This document shows, one piece after another, positions 18,664 to 27,926 of a DNA stretch of 64,000 nucleotides (positions are counted from its first letter, which is position 1; every line of letters starts with the position of its first letter). The DNA is from an uncultured Ruminiclostridium sp. (GTDB lineage Bacteria; Bacillota; Clostridia; Oscillospirales; Acutalibacteraceae). The stretch is from positions 5,834 through 69,833 of the forward strand of contig CABUCM010000009.1 of the NCBI GenBank assembly GCA_902490005.1. Direction: 5' to 3'. A program made the translations under genes and the position numbers. The notes beneath the pieces are model-generated. The model was not told the origin of the DNA, ran no database searches, and saw only the letters and a list, made by a program, of their open reading frames with translations.

Positions 18664-20724
18664 GTGACAACGAGAATCAAGCAATTGAAAGACATAATTG
18701 TAAATCAAAAGCTTCAAAAAACGCACCGGAAAAAATGCCCGGTAACGTTCCAAGAGCTTTATAACCGGGAAGATTCCCCTGTTTGCCGCAAAACAAAAAG
18801 GCTTTGCTGGATTTTGGAGAATGAAGAGGCGGTTTTTCTGCCGGATTCCAAAATAGTCCTGATGCGTACCTTTTATGATGTTCCCGATGTGTTTGATGGA
18901 GAAGAGTGGGAGCGGCTTAGAGGCGAGCGTTTTCTTCATGAGCTGGGCCATGTATCCAATATCTGCCCTGACTACGGAAGGCTGATTGGAACGGGGCTTG
19001 TCCCCGCGCTGGAAGCGGTACGAGGCCGTCAGCGGGAGGGCGCGCTGGCGGAAAGCCAGAAAGCTTTTTTGGAATGTGAGGAAAAGATTCTGGCCTCGCT
19101 GCTTGCCTTTTGCGGCCGGTATGCGGAAAGCCTTCAGCGGGCCGGCGAGCCTCAATTGGCGGATATCTTCCGGGTTCAAATTCCTTATGGCGCCACCAGC
19201 TTTCACGGCGCGCTGCAGTTTTTCCGGCTTTTACATTTTGTCGCTTGGTATGAAGGCGAGTACCATATGTGCGTCGGCCGGTTCGATCAATACATGTATC
19301 CCTATTTACAGCGGGATTTGAAAAACCGCGCCATAACCAATGAAGAAGCCTTTGAGCTGCTGGAGGAATTTTTCTTAACCTTTAATATTGACAGCGACCT
19401 GTATCCCGGGGGGCAGCAGGGGGACGACGGCCAGAGCATGATGCTGGGCGGTGTGGACCGGCAGGGGAACGACGCTTACAATTTGCTTTCCGAATGGTGT
19501 CTGAAGGCCTGTGAGGAACTGGCGCTGATTGACCCAAAGATAAATCTTCGCGTCAATGGCTCCACGCCGGCGGAACGCTACGTAACGGCGACTCAATTGA
19601 CAAAAATCGGGTTGGGCTTTCCCCAGTATTCCAACGACGACATTGTGATTCCCGCTTTGGTGAACTGGGGGTATTCCTTGGAAGACGCCAGAGATTATAC
19701 GGTGGCGGCCTGCTGGGAATTTATTATCCCGGGAAAAGGTATGGAAATCCCCAATATCGGCGCGTTTTCATTCCCGAGGGTGATTAATGAAACCGTCCGC
19801 CGGGATTTAGATTGCTGCAAAAGCTTTGAGGATTTCTTAGACAGCCTGAGAATGCGGATCCAGGAGGAAGCGGACCGAATCGAAGAATCCGTCCGCAATC
19901 TTTATCTGGTGCCGGCGCCGTTTCTGTCTCTTATGATGGAAGGCTGCCTGGAGCGGGCCCAGGATATATCCGAGGGCTGTGTCTACAACAATTACGGGCT
20001 TCACGGCACGGGGCTTTCCTGCGGAGCGGATTCCCTGTATGCCTTGAAAACCTACTATTTTGAGGAGCAAAGGGTAAGACTGTCCGAGCTGCTGCAGGCG
20101 GTCTATGATGATTTTGAAGAGGATTCCCCTTACCTGAAGCTGGTGAGAGAAAAAATGCCCCGCATGGGGGACGGAGAACCGGAGGTGGACCGCTGGGGCG
20201 TGTGGCTCCTGGACCAGTTTGCCCAGGCGCTTGCTGGGAAGCGGAACGAGCGGGGCGGGATTTTCCGGCCCGGGACAGGTTCGGCGATGTTTTACATACA
20301 GCACGCGGTTGAAATCAACGCGTCTCCCGACGGCCGGAGAAAAGGGGAGTTCCTCCCGGCGAATTATTCGCCAAGCCTGTTTGCCAAGGTGAAGGGGCCG
20401 CTGTCGATTATTCAGTCCTTTACCGCGCCGGATCTGAAAAAAACGGCAAACGGCGGGCCGCTGACCCTGGAATTCCACAATAGCATGTTCCGTTCGGAAA
20501 CAGGGATTGAAAAGGTGGCGTCTCTTGTGAAGGCGTTCATTGCCATGGGAGGGCACCAGCTTCAGCTGAACTCTGTCAACGCGGAAACCCTGCGCGACGC
20601 GCAAAGCCATCCGGAACGTTATCAGAATTTAATTGTACGGGTTTGGGGCTGGAGCGCTTATTTCGTGGAGTTGGATAAGATTTATCAAGACCACCTGATC
20701 CGAAGAGCGGAATATGTAATGTGA
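18664..20724 (+). CDS. Glycyl radical enzyme, PFL-like superfamily, non-PFL subtype of unknown substrate
   Basis: GRFDQY, single-Cys finger loop VAACWE, SPDGR, QLQLN, C-terminal glycyl motif IVRVWGWSAYF; 686 aa. Confidence 0.93.
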   Translation: MTTRIKQLKDIIVNQKLQKTHRKKCPVTFQELYNREDSPVCRKTKRLCWILENEEAVFLPDSKIVLMRTFYDVPDVFDGEEWERLRGERFLHELGHVSNICPDYGRLIGTGLVPALEAVRGRQREGALAESQKAFLECEEKILASLLAFCGRYAESLQRAGEPQLADIFRVQIPYGATSFHGALQFFRLLHFVAWYEGEYHMCVGRFDQYMYPYLQRDLKNRAITNEEAFELLEEFFLTFNIDSDLYPGGQQGDDGQSMMLGGVDRQGNDAYNLLSEWCLKACEELALIDPKINLRVNGSTPAERYVTATQLTKIGLGFPQYSNDDIVIPALVNWGYSLEDARDYTVAACWEFIIPGKGMEIPNIGAFSFPRVINETVRRDLDCCKSFEDFLDSLRMRIQEEADRIEESVRNLYLVPAPFLSLMMEGCLERAQDISEGCVYNNYGLHGTGLSCGADSLYALKTYYFEEQRVRLSELLQAVYDDFEEDSPYLKLVREKMPRMGDGEPEVDRWGVWLLDQFAQALAGKRNERGGIFRPGTGSAMFYIQHAVEINASPDGRRKGEFLPANYSPSLFAKVKGPLSIIQSFTAPDLKKTANGGPLTLEFHNSMFRSETGIEKVASLVKAFIAMGGHQLQLNSVNAETLRDAQSHPERYQNLIVRVWGWSAYFVELDKIYQDHLIRRAEYVM

Positions 20725-20734
20725 CGGTGAATGT

Positions 20735-21454
20735 ATGAAAACGGGAAAAATCTTTGATATCAAGGAGTTCGCGGCGTTTGACGGCCCGGGAGTCAGGGTC
20801 ACCGTTTTCTTCCAGGGCTGCCCCCTGCGGTGCCAGTGGTGCCATAATCCAGAGGGGCTGCCGGCGGAAGGCGGACGGCGCGTGACTTCGGAGGAATTGG
20901 CCGCAATGGTCAGGCGCTACCAGAGATTCTGGAAAATTTGCGAGGGCGGGGTTACTTTTTCCGGCGGAGAGCCGCTTTTGCAGGCGGATTTCCTCTGCGA
21001 AACCATGAAAAGCCTTCCTGACATCCATAAGACCATCGAAACCTCTATGTGCGTTCCCGAGGCGGATTTTCAGCGGGCGGCGGAATTGGCGGATTTTTTG
21101 TACGTGGATTTCAAACTGTACGACCCGGTTCAGCACCGCCGGTATACCGGCGCGGATAACCGTCTGGTTTTCCGGAACCTGGCGTGGCTTTCCCAAAGCG
21201 GCTTTTCCTATACGGTGCGGGTTCCGCTGATCCCGGGGGTAACGGATACCGAAGAGAATTTGGAGCGGATTTCCGGATATTTATCAAAGTTTTCACCGGC
21301 GCCCCGGGTAGAGCTGCTGCCCTACAACGAATTCACCAAAGCGAAATACGATCAATTGGGGATTCCCTATCAGCCTGATTTTCAGCCGGCCCGTCCGGTC
21401 CGCGCCGACAGCGGTGTTTTTTTGAAAAAAGGCGTTCCGTGTACAGTAATGTAA
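20735..21454 (+). CDS. Glycyl-radical activating enzyme (radical SAM), short form
   Basis: DGPGVR, GCPLRCQWCHNPE (CxxxCxxC), GGVTFSGGEP; adjacent to the GRE. Confidence 0.95.
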   Translation: MKTGKIFDIKEFAAFDGPGVRVTVFFQGCPLRCQWCHNPEGLPAEGGRRVTSEELAAMVRRYQRFWKICEGGVTFSGGEPLLQADFLCETMKSLPDIHKTIETSMCVPEADFQRAAELADFLYVDFKLYDPVQHRRYTGADNRLVFRNLAWLSQSGFSYTVRVPLIPGVTDTEENLERISGYLSKFSPAPRVELLPYNEFTKAKYDQLGIPYQPDFQPARPVRADSGVFLKKGVPCTVM

Positions 21455-21491
21455 AATTTAAATATGAAAAACAAAATTAAGGAGTGAGCAC

Positions 21492-22661
21492 ATGCAAAAT
21501 TTTATTTTCTACAATCCCACCGAGATTATTTTCGGACGTGGGCAGGAAGCTCTGGCGGGAGCAAAGTGCAAGGAGTGGTCAGATAAGGTCCTGATCCTGT
21601 ACGGCGGCGGAAGCGCCGAAAAAAGCGGCCTTTTGGGCAGGGGTCGCGCTTCCCTGGCTGACGCCGGCGTAAGCTATGTGGAACTGGGCGGGGTAAAGCC
21701 CAATCCCAGGATCAGCCTGGCCCGCAAGGCCATTGAGCTTTGCCGCCAGGAAAAAGTCGGCCTGATTTTAGCGGTAGGCGGCGGAAGCGTCATTGACACC
21801 GCGAAAGCTACCGCCATCGGCGCTTGCTATGACGGGGACGTGTGGGATTTCTATGAAAAGACCGCTGCCCCTCAGAAGGCGATTCCCATCGGAACCATTT
21901 TGACCATTCCGGCTGCGGGAAGCGAATCCAGCGATTCTTCCGTTATGACCAATGAAGAGATCGACCATAAGCGTTCCTGCGACAGCAGATTGCTTTACCC
22001 CAAGTTCTCCATTTTGAACCCGGAGCTTACCTTTACCATGCCAAAGTACCAGATCGCCTGCGGCTGTGTGGATATTATGGCGCACGTAATGGAACGCTAT
22101 TTCACCAACGAGCCGTATAACGGGGCCACCGACCGTATGGCGGAGGGCATTCTGAAGACGATGGTCAAGTTCGCGCCTAAGGCTTTGGAAAATCCCGAGT
22201 GCTACGACATACGCGCGGAGATCATGTGGGCCGGCACCTTGGCGCACAACAATTTGATCGGCTGCGGACGTTCCGCGGACTGGGCGAGCCATCCCATTGA
22301 ACATGAGCTAAGCACAGAATACGATATCGCCCATGGCGGCGGCCTGGCGATGATCATCCCCGCTTGGATGAAGTATATCTACAAAAAGAGGCTGCCTCAG
22401 TTCCTGCGCTACGCGTCTGAGGTTTGGCATGTGGAATACGACAAAGAGAATCCGGAAGCCATGGCAATGGAGGGAATCCTGAGAACCCAGAAGTTTTTCG
22501 AATCCTTAAATTTGCCCACCACCCTGACTGCGGCGGGCCTGCCCACAGATAATTTCCGTATGCTGGCGGAACGCTGTGACAGAAACGAGTTGGGAAAAGT
22601 CGGGCATTTTGTCCTGCTGGATACGGATGACGTAGAAAAAATTTATCAGCTGGCGGTTTAA
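21492..22661 (+). CDS. Iron-containing alcohol dehydrogenase (BdhA/YqhD-like)
   Basis: YGGGS, GGGSVID, D..AH, H.IEH and HG metal ligands. Confidence 0.92.
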   Translation: MQNFIFYNPTEIIFGRGQEALAGAKCKEWSDKVLILYGGGSAEKSGLLGRGRASLADAGVSYVELGGVKPNPRISLARKAIELCRQEKVGLILAVGGGSVIDTAKATAIGACYDGDVWDFYEKTAAPQKAIPIGTILTIPAAGSESSDSSVMTNEEIDHKRSCDSRLLYPKFSILNPELTFTMPKYQIACGCVDIMAHVMERYFTNEPYNGATDRMAEGILKTMVKFAPKALENPECYDIRAEIMWAGTLAHNNLIGCGRSADWASHPIEHELSTEYDIAHGGGLAMIIPAWMKYIYKKRLPQFLRYASEVWHVEYDKENPEAMAMEGILRTQKFFESLNLPTTLTAAGLPTDNFRMLAERCDRNELGKVGHFVLLDTDDVEKIYQLAV

Positions 22662-22686
22662 AATTATATATAAGGAGGCAAAGAAA

Positions 22687-24111
22687 GTGAAAAAAGAAAC
22701 CATCAAAATTGGCTATGCGCCTACCAGACGGGATTGCTTTACCCACCCGGAGGCGGCTGAAATGCGGGAGCAGATCAAGAAAACCGTATCAGCCTGGGGA
22801 GCGGAACTGGTGGACATCGAGGGAATCAACGAGGAAGGCATGCTGATCGCTCCGGATGATATCCCCAAGGCGGTGAAGATTTTTAAGGAAGCGGATGTAG
22901 ACGGTATTTTTATTGCCGAATGCAATTTCGGCGCGGAATCCATGGTGGCCCGCGTGGCGGCGGAGATCAAAAAGCCCGTTTTGCTGTGGGGCCCCAGGGA
23001 CGGCATGCCGGTCCCCGGCGAGGACAGAACCAGAGACACCCAGTGCGGCTTGTTCGCCACCGGAAAGGTGCTAAGACGGTTTAATGTTCCATTTACTTAT
23101 TTGGTCAACAGCAAATTGACCGACGAATCCTTTGAGCGGGGCTATAAATCCTTTGTAGCCGTGTGCTCTGTGGTGAAGAATTTTAAAAAGACCAGAGTGC
23201 TTCAGATCAGCGTCCGGCCGGAGCCGTTCTGGACCGTGATGTATAACGAGGGCGAGCTTTTGGAGAAGTATGGTATCCAGGTATACCCTGTCACTTTGCA
23301 GGATGTGCGGGACTACATCGATTTTCTCATCAGCTCTGACAGCGCCGGCGTGAAAGAGGCCGTGGCCGACTACCATGCCCGTTTGGACTGCTCCGCCTTA
23401 TCGGAGAGCCAATTGGTTAATATGGCGCGCCTGCAGGTGGCCATTAAGGATTTGTGCGGCCTGCATGGGTGCAATTCCGTGGCGATCCACTGCTGGGGCC
23501 CGATGCAGAAGCTGCTGGGCGCCGCTTCCTGCACCATCAACGGCATCTTGACCGAGCAGGGAATCCCCGTGGCCTGCGAAACCGATATCCACGGCGCCAT
23601 CACCTCGATCCTGCTTCAGTCCGCGGTGCTGTGCACCAAGTCTATCTATTTTGCGGATCTGACCATCCGTCATCCGGAAAACGACAACGCGGAGCTTCTC
23701 TGGCACTGCGGCAATTTCCCGCCCTCTTTGGCGGCGGATCCCGGCAAGTGCGAGATTAAGCCCTTGTGTCAGGATCTGGGCCCGATGCCCAGCCAGAGCC
23801 ATTGGGAAATCCGCCATGGCGACATGACCGTTTGCCGCTTTGACGGCGACCACGGGGAGTATCAGCTCATGATCGGACAGGGAAAAGGCGTGGACGGCCC
23901 GGTGACAAAGGGCACCTACAGCTGGTTTGAGGTGAATGATTGGCCGCTGTGGGAGGAGCACCTGGTAACAGGTCCGTACATTCACCACTGCGCGGGCGTT
24001 CACGCGAAAGTCGCTCACGTTTTGTACGAGGCATGCAAGTATTTGGGGATCAAGGCAGACCCGATTTCACCTACCGCCGAGGAGCTCCAGGCTTATTGGA
24101 GAGGAAACTAA
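22687..24111 (+). CDS. L-fucose/L-arabinose isomerase-family protein resembling sulfoquinovose isomerase SqvD/SftI
   Basis: GYAPTRR, CNFG, LLWGPRD, RDTQCGLFATGKVLRR, NEGELLE, CETDIHG, RFDGD.GEY, GPYIHH. The subfamily resemblance is from recall and unsearched. Confidence 0.85.
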   Translation: MKKETIKIGYAPTRRDCFTHPEAAEMREQIKKTVSAWGAELVDIEGINEEGMLIAPDDIPKAVKIFKEADVDGIFIAECNFGAESMVARVAAEIKKPVLLWGPRDGMPVPGEDRTRDTQCGLFATGKVLRRFNVPFTYLVNSKLTDESFERGYKSFVAVCSVVKNFKKTRVLQISVRPEPFWTVMYNEGELLEKYGIQVYPVTLQDVRDYIDFLISSDSAGVKEAVADYHARLDCSALSESQLVNMARLQVAIKDLCGLHGCNSVAIHCWGPMQKLLGAASCTINGILTEQGIPVACETDIHGAITSILLQSAVLCTKSIYFADLTIRHPENDNAELLWHCGNFPPSLAADPGKCEIKPLCQDLGPMPSQSHWEIRHGDMTVCRFDGDHGEYQLMIGQGKGVDGPVTKGTYSWFEVNDWPLWEEHLVTGPYIHHCAGVHAKVAHVLYEACKYLGIKADPISPTAEELQAYWRGN

Positions 24112-24142
24112 CGGTATCGCCCGAGGAAATTAGCTTTATCAA

Positions 24143-24171
24143 TTGATTAGATAAATCACAAATGATATACT
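24143..24171 (+). promoter_or_regulatory. Sigma-A promoter for the LacI gene and downstream genes
   Basis: TTGATT-17-TATACT with an extended -10 TG. Confidence 0.6.
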
Positions 24172-24240
24172 ATATATTAATTAGAAAGCGGTTTCCTTAA
24201 AATATTGATGAGGGCGAGGTGTCTCCGGGACGGAAGAGCC

Positions 24241-25254
24241 ATGGGAAAGAAATACAGAACGCAAGTGACAATGAAAGATATTGCTTTAAAAACGGGATAC
24301 TCTGTCAACACCGTTTCCTTGACATTAAAGGGAGCGGAAGCTGTAACAGAGGAAACGAAAGCTAAGATCCTGAAAGCCGCGGATGAACTTGGCTATATCG
24401 GTAACTCTGTTGCAAGTTCGATGCGATCCGGTTATACGAAGAATATCGCGATGCTTGTAGGCGATGTTGCAAACCCATATTTCGCTCAAATCATTAAGCA
24501 AGGCGTTAGCGTTCTCAGTAAGCGCGGCTATAATGTCATGGTCTATAATACGGACGAGCGGGACGATTTTGAACGCAAGTGCATTCGTTCCGCCATCCGG
24601 CAAAATGTGGATGGAATTTTATTCTGTCCCATGAGCCGCTATGATAAAAATATTAATCTTCTCCTGCAGTCCAGAGTGCCTTTTGTGGTTTTTGGAGGGC
24701 TGCTGGAGGATAAAAGAATTAATATGGTGTCCTTGGACGATGTCAAGGGCGGCTATTTAGCGACAAAGTATCTGCTGGAACAAGGACACAGAAAGCTGGT
24801 TTTTGTCAACGCGCCGGAATCAGCTTTGGGCTCCATAGAACGTTTGGAGGGCTTTAAACAGGCGTTGGCGGAATATGGGATCCCTTATCAGCCGGAAAAC
24901 GTGCTGGAATTCCGGTTTACGCTACAGGAAAATAACGGCTGGGAAGAGATCAAATACGCTCTTTCACAGCGCCTGGAATATACCGGCGTGGTGGCGTTCA
25001 GCGATATGATCGCCATGCGCTTGATTCAGCTTTTTCAAAGCGAAAGCTTTCGGCAGAAGAAAATCACCCAAGCGGACATTGTGGGGTTCGATAACTCCCT
25101 GCAGATGTTCCCGCTGTCCGTGAATTTTCCCAGCGTAAGCTTTTCAGAACTGGATATGTCCGTAGTGGCCCCGCAGATGCTGTTGGATATGTTAGAAAGA
25201 GATATTTATACACCGAGACAAATTGTGCTCGACGTAAAACTATACCGACATTGA
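24241..25254 (+). CDS. LacI-family transcriptional regulator
   Basis: VTMKDIALKTGYSVNTVS HTH, periplasmic-binding-like core, IVGFDN. Confidence 0.93.
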   Translation: MGKKYRTQVTMKDIALKTGYSVNTVSLTLKGAEAVTEETKAKILKAADELGYIGNSVASSMRSGYTKNIAMLVGDVANPYFAQIIKQGVSVLSKRGYNVMVYNTDERDDFERKCIRSAIRQNVDGILFCPMSRYDKNINLLLQSRVPFVVFGGLLEDKRINMVSLDDVKGGYLATKYLLEQGHRKLVFVNAPESALGSIERLEGFKQALAEYGIPYQPENVLEFRFTLQENNGWEEIKYALSQRLEYTGVVAFSDMIAMRLIQLFQSESFRQKKITQADIVGFDNSLQMFPLSVNFPSVSFSELDMSVVAPQMLLDMLERDIYTPRQIVLDVKLYRH

Positions 25255-25264
25255 GGAGAAACTT

Positions 25265-25912
25265 ATGAGTGAACTATATACGGTCCAAGATCCGCGGTTC
25301 CAGCGTTACGGCCGTGTGATAAACGGCTATCAGGTTGAGGATATTTGCGAGGCCGCCGGCAGGATTCCCATGCCAGGGGAGGGCGTTGCCTATGAACGTT
25401 CCATTCCGGCGCTGGAGGCGACCGAAACCTTCCGTAAGCTGGAAAAATGGTTCGGCGGGGAAGCCCGGTGGCAGGGCGGCCTATGCTGGGGCGATAATCA
25501 CAAGATGAACGCGGTGGAGTATCACCGCAGCAGCGAGATTAATATTGCCGTCACAGATATGGTCCTGATGCTGGGTGACCGGAGAGACGTGAGGGATAAC
25601 CGCTATGACGCTTCCAAACTGGAGTTTTTCCAGATCCCCAAAGGGACGGTGGTGGAATTATACGCCACAACCCTGCATTTCGCGCCCTGTACAGTGAATC
25701 CCGCCGGCTTCCGGGCAATTGTTATTTTGCCGCAAGGCACCAACGCGCCGCTGTCTGCCGAAACCAAAAAAGCGGTTTCTTCCGCCAAAGGAGAAGACCG
25801 CCTTCTTTTTGCCAGAGACAAGTGGATGATCGCCCACGCGGACTGCGGGGATGCCCAGAACGACATCGCGTTTGTGGGAATCTCCGGAGAAAACCCGGAA
25901 TATCAGGGATAA
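25265..25912 (+). CDS. DUF4867-family protein (cupin-like)
   Basis: F.RYG.V, G.C.G.N..MNAVEYHRSSEINIA, ELYATTLHFAPC, LP.GTN, KWMIAH. Confidence 0.8.
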   Translation: MSELYTVQDPRFQRYGRVINGYQVEDICEAAGRIPMPGEGVAYERSIPALEATETFRKLEKWFGGEARWQGGLCWGDNHKMNAVEYHRSSEINIAVTDMVLMLGDRRDVRDNRYDASKLEFFQIPKGTVVELYATTLHFAPCTVNPAGFRAIVILPQGTNAPLSAETKKAVSSAKGEDRLLFARDKWMIAHADCGDAQNDIAFVGISGENPEYQG

Positions 25913-25964
25913 TGGGAAGAACCATAATTTTTTCAATTATGAAACAACCAGGAGTGAAACTCAT

Positions 25965-26927
25965 ATGAGTATTGACGTAGTAGGCGTCGGCTATCCCGTT
26001 GTGGATTGCCTGGCGAGAATTCCGTTTTTCCCGGAAAAGGATGGGCTGGTCCATATGGACGACTGCAGCTGGCAGGGCGGCGGTATGGTTTCCACAGGCT
26101 TGATTGCGGCGTCTGTTCTAGGGGCCTCCGCCGGGATGGTCGGCGTGGTCGGAGACGACCAGTACGGCCGGTTCTGCCTTTATGATTTTGAGCGGAACGG
26201 GGTGGATACCAGCCACATGGTTATGGATTATGGGGCCACCACCAATTTCGCCATTGTTTTATCCGAGAAAAACTGCAGAAGCTTTCTTTCCCGGGATGGA
26301 AACCGCAGAGAATTGCAGCCTGAGGAGCTGGACGCCCAATACATTGCCCAGGCAAAGTATTTGCTGGTGACGGAAATGGATGCCGCAAGTGTGGCCGCCT
26401 GCCAAATTGCCCATGAAAACGGGGTCAAAGTGGTGATTGACGCTGATATTTTCGATCAAAGAACGGTGGATCACCTGGATTTGATCGACGTGTTCATCGC
26501 GTCTCAGATTTTTTATGAGGAAATGTTCCAAGAGGGAAGCATCTGCGAAAACTGCCGGAAAATCTGCGGAATGGGGCCTGAAATCGCCATCATCACCCTG
26601 GGCGACAAAGGTTGCGCCGGCATATTCCGGGGAGAATATATCCAGGCCCCCTCTTTTGACAGCATCCAGGTGGTGGATACCACTGGGGCGGGGGATGTAT
26701 TCCACGGGGCGTTTATTTACGGCCTGCTCCAGAATTGGAGCGGAACCGTAATCGCCAGGTTTGCCAACGCGGTAGCGGCGATCAAGTGCACCCGTTTAGG
26801 CGGGCGCGCGGGGATTCCCAATTTGGAAACCGTGGAAAAACATTTAGCGACAGGGGTTATTGAACAGGGATTTTTAGAGAAAAGAGCAGAGATGTACCGT
26901 GAAGGGCTTGTCACAGAGGCGGGCTAA
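25965..26927 (+). CDS. PfkB-family carbohydrate kinase, YihV (sulfofructose kinase)-like group
   Basis: QGGG and DTTGAGDVFHGA...KCTRLGGRAGIP, which matches the YihV C-terminal signature as recalled. Start ATG 25965 behind AGGAG. Confidence 0.85.
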   Translation: MSIDVVGVGYPVVDCLARIPFFPEKDGLVHMDDCSWQGGGMVSTGLIAASVLGASAGMVGVVGDDQYGRFCLYDFERNGVDTSHMVMDYGATTNFAIVLSEKNCRSFLSRDGNRRELQPEELDAQYIAQAKYLLVTEMDAASVAACQIAHENGVKVVIDADIFDQRTVDHLDLIDVFIASQIFYEEMFQEGSICENCRKICGMGPEIAIITLGDKGCAGIFRGEYIQAPSFDSIQVVDTTGAGDVFHGAFIYGLLQNWSGTVIARFANAVAAIKCTRLGGRAGIPNLETVEKHLATGVIEQGFLEKRAEMYREGLVTEAG

Positions 26928-26957
26928 ACGGTTTTCAATTGCAAAAGGAGAAGCTTC

Positions 26958-27926
26958 ATGCCAAATTATGATGTCGTATGTCTTGGCATGGCAGTGTGTG
27001 ATATCCTGGCAGGACCGGTGGATGCCAGTATATTTGACAGAGATACCACCAAAGTCCCTTCTATTGAAATGAGATCGGGCGGCGACGCCATGACGCAGGC
27101 TGTTATCAGCTCGCGCCTGGGCTGCAAAACCGCCCTAGCCTCTAAGGTGGGAAACGACGCCTATGGCAGGTTTTTACTGGATACCCTGACGGCGGAAGGC
27201 ATAGGCCATTCCCATATGCGAATCGGGGAAGACGGTATCGATACGGCGGTATCTATTGTCCTGGTGGGGAATGATGGACAGCGTTCATTTATTGCGTCCA
27301 AGGGGCTTAACAACATAACCTTGTGCCTGGAAGATTTAGATATGGATCTGATCTGCGGCGCGAACTTCCTGAGCTATGGAAGCTTGTGCTTTATGAAATC
27401 CCTGGATCCCGTTGTGGGAGAAGCCGTATTCAGGGAAGCCAGGAGGCACGGGGTCAAAGTGGTGGCGGACTGCTGCGCCAACGTTTATCATTATCCGCCG
27501 GAAGTGATTCTTAACACACTGTCTCAGATCGATTATTTCGTTCCCAGCGAGGAAGAGGCGTTTGGCCTCACCCAGCAGGCGGAGCCGAGGAAGATGGCCC
27601 AGGCGCTGTTTGATTACGGCTGTAAAAACCTGATTATCAAGCTGGGGACAAAAGGCTGCTATGTGAAATCTCCTGAACTGGAAGGGCTCATGCCGGCGTT
27701 TTCTGTAGACAAGGTGGTGGATACCACCGGGGCGGGCGATAATTTTGTAGGCGGCTTGCTGTCGGCGCTGAACAGAGGGCTGAACCTGGTAAAAGCGGTT
27801 CAGTTCGCACAGGCGGCCGCCGCCGTTAGTATCCAGGAGGTTGGGGCTACCAAGGCGGTGCGCTCCAGAGGCCAAGTGGATGAATTTTTAAAAACACAAA
27901 TAACGGAAGGAGTCTTCAAAAGATGA
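26958..27926 (+). CDS. PfkB-family carbohydrate kinase
   Basis: SGGDA, VGND.YG, DTTGAGDNF. Confidence 0.92.
   Translation: MPNYDVVCLGMAVCDILAGPVDASIFDRDTTKVPSIEMRSGGDAMTQAVISSRLGCKTALASKVGNDAYGRFLLDTLTAEGIGHSHMRIGEDGIDTAVSIVLVGNDGQRSFIASKGLNNITLCLEDLDMDLICGANFLSYGSLCFMKSLDPVVGEAVFREARRHGVKVVADCCANVYHYPPEVILNTLSQIDYFVPSEEEAFGLTQQAEPRKMAQALFDYGCKNLIIKLGTKGCYVKSPELEGLMPAFSVDKVVDTTGAGDNFVGGLLSALNRGLNLVKAVQFAQAAAAVSIQEVGATKAVRSRGQVDEFLKTQITEGVFKR

Noticed and set aside
18664..20724. Calling the GRE pyruvate formate-lyase (pflB), CutC, IslA or HpsG
   Set aside because: It lacks the PFL Cys-Cys pair, and its length and AACWE/RVWGW motifs do not match those enzymes as I know them.
19837..24018. Long antisense ORFs (257, 206, 178 and 206 aa) over the GRE operon
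   Set aside because: Typical reverse-frame shadows of GC-rich coding DNA.
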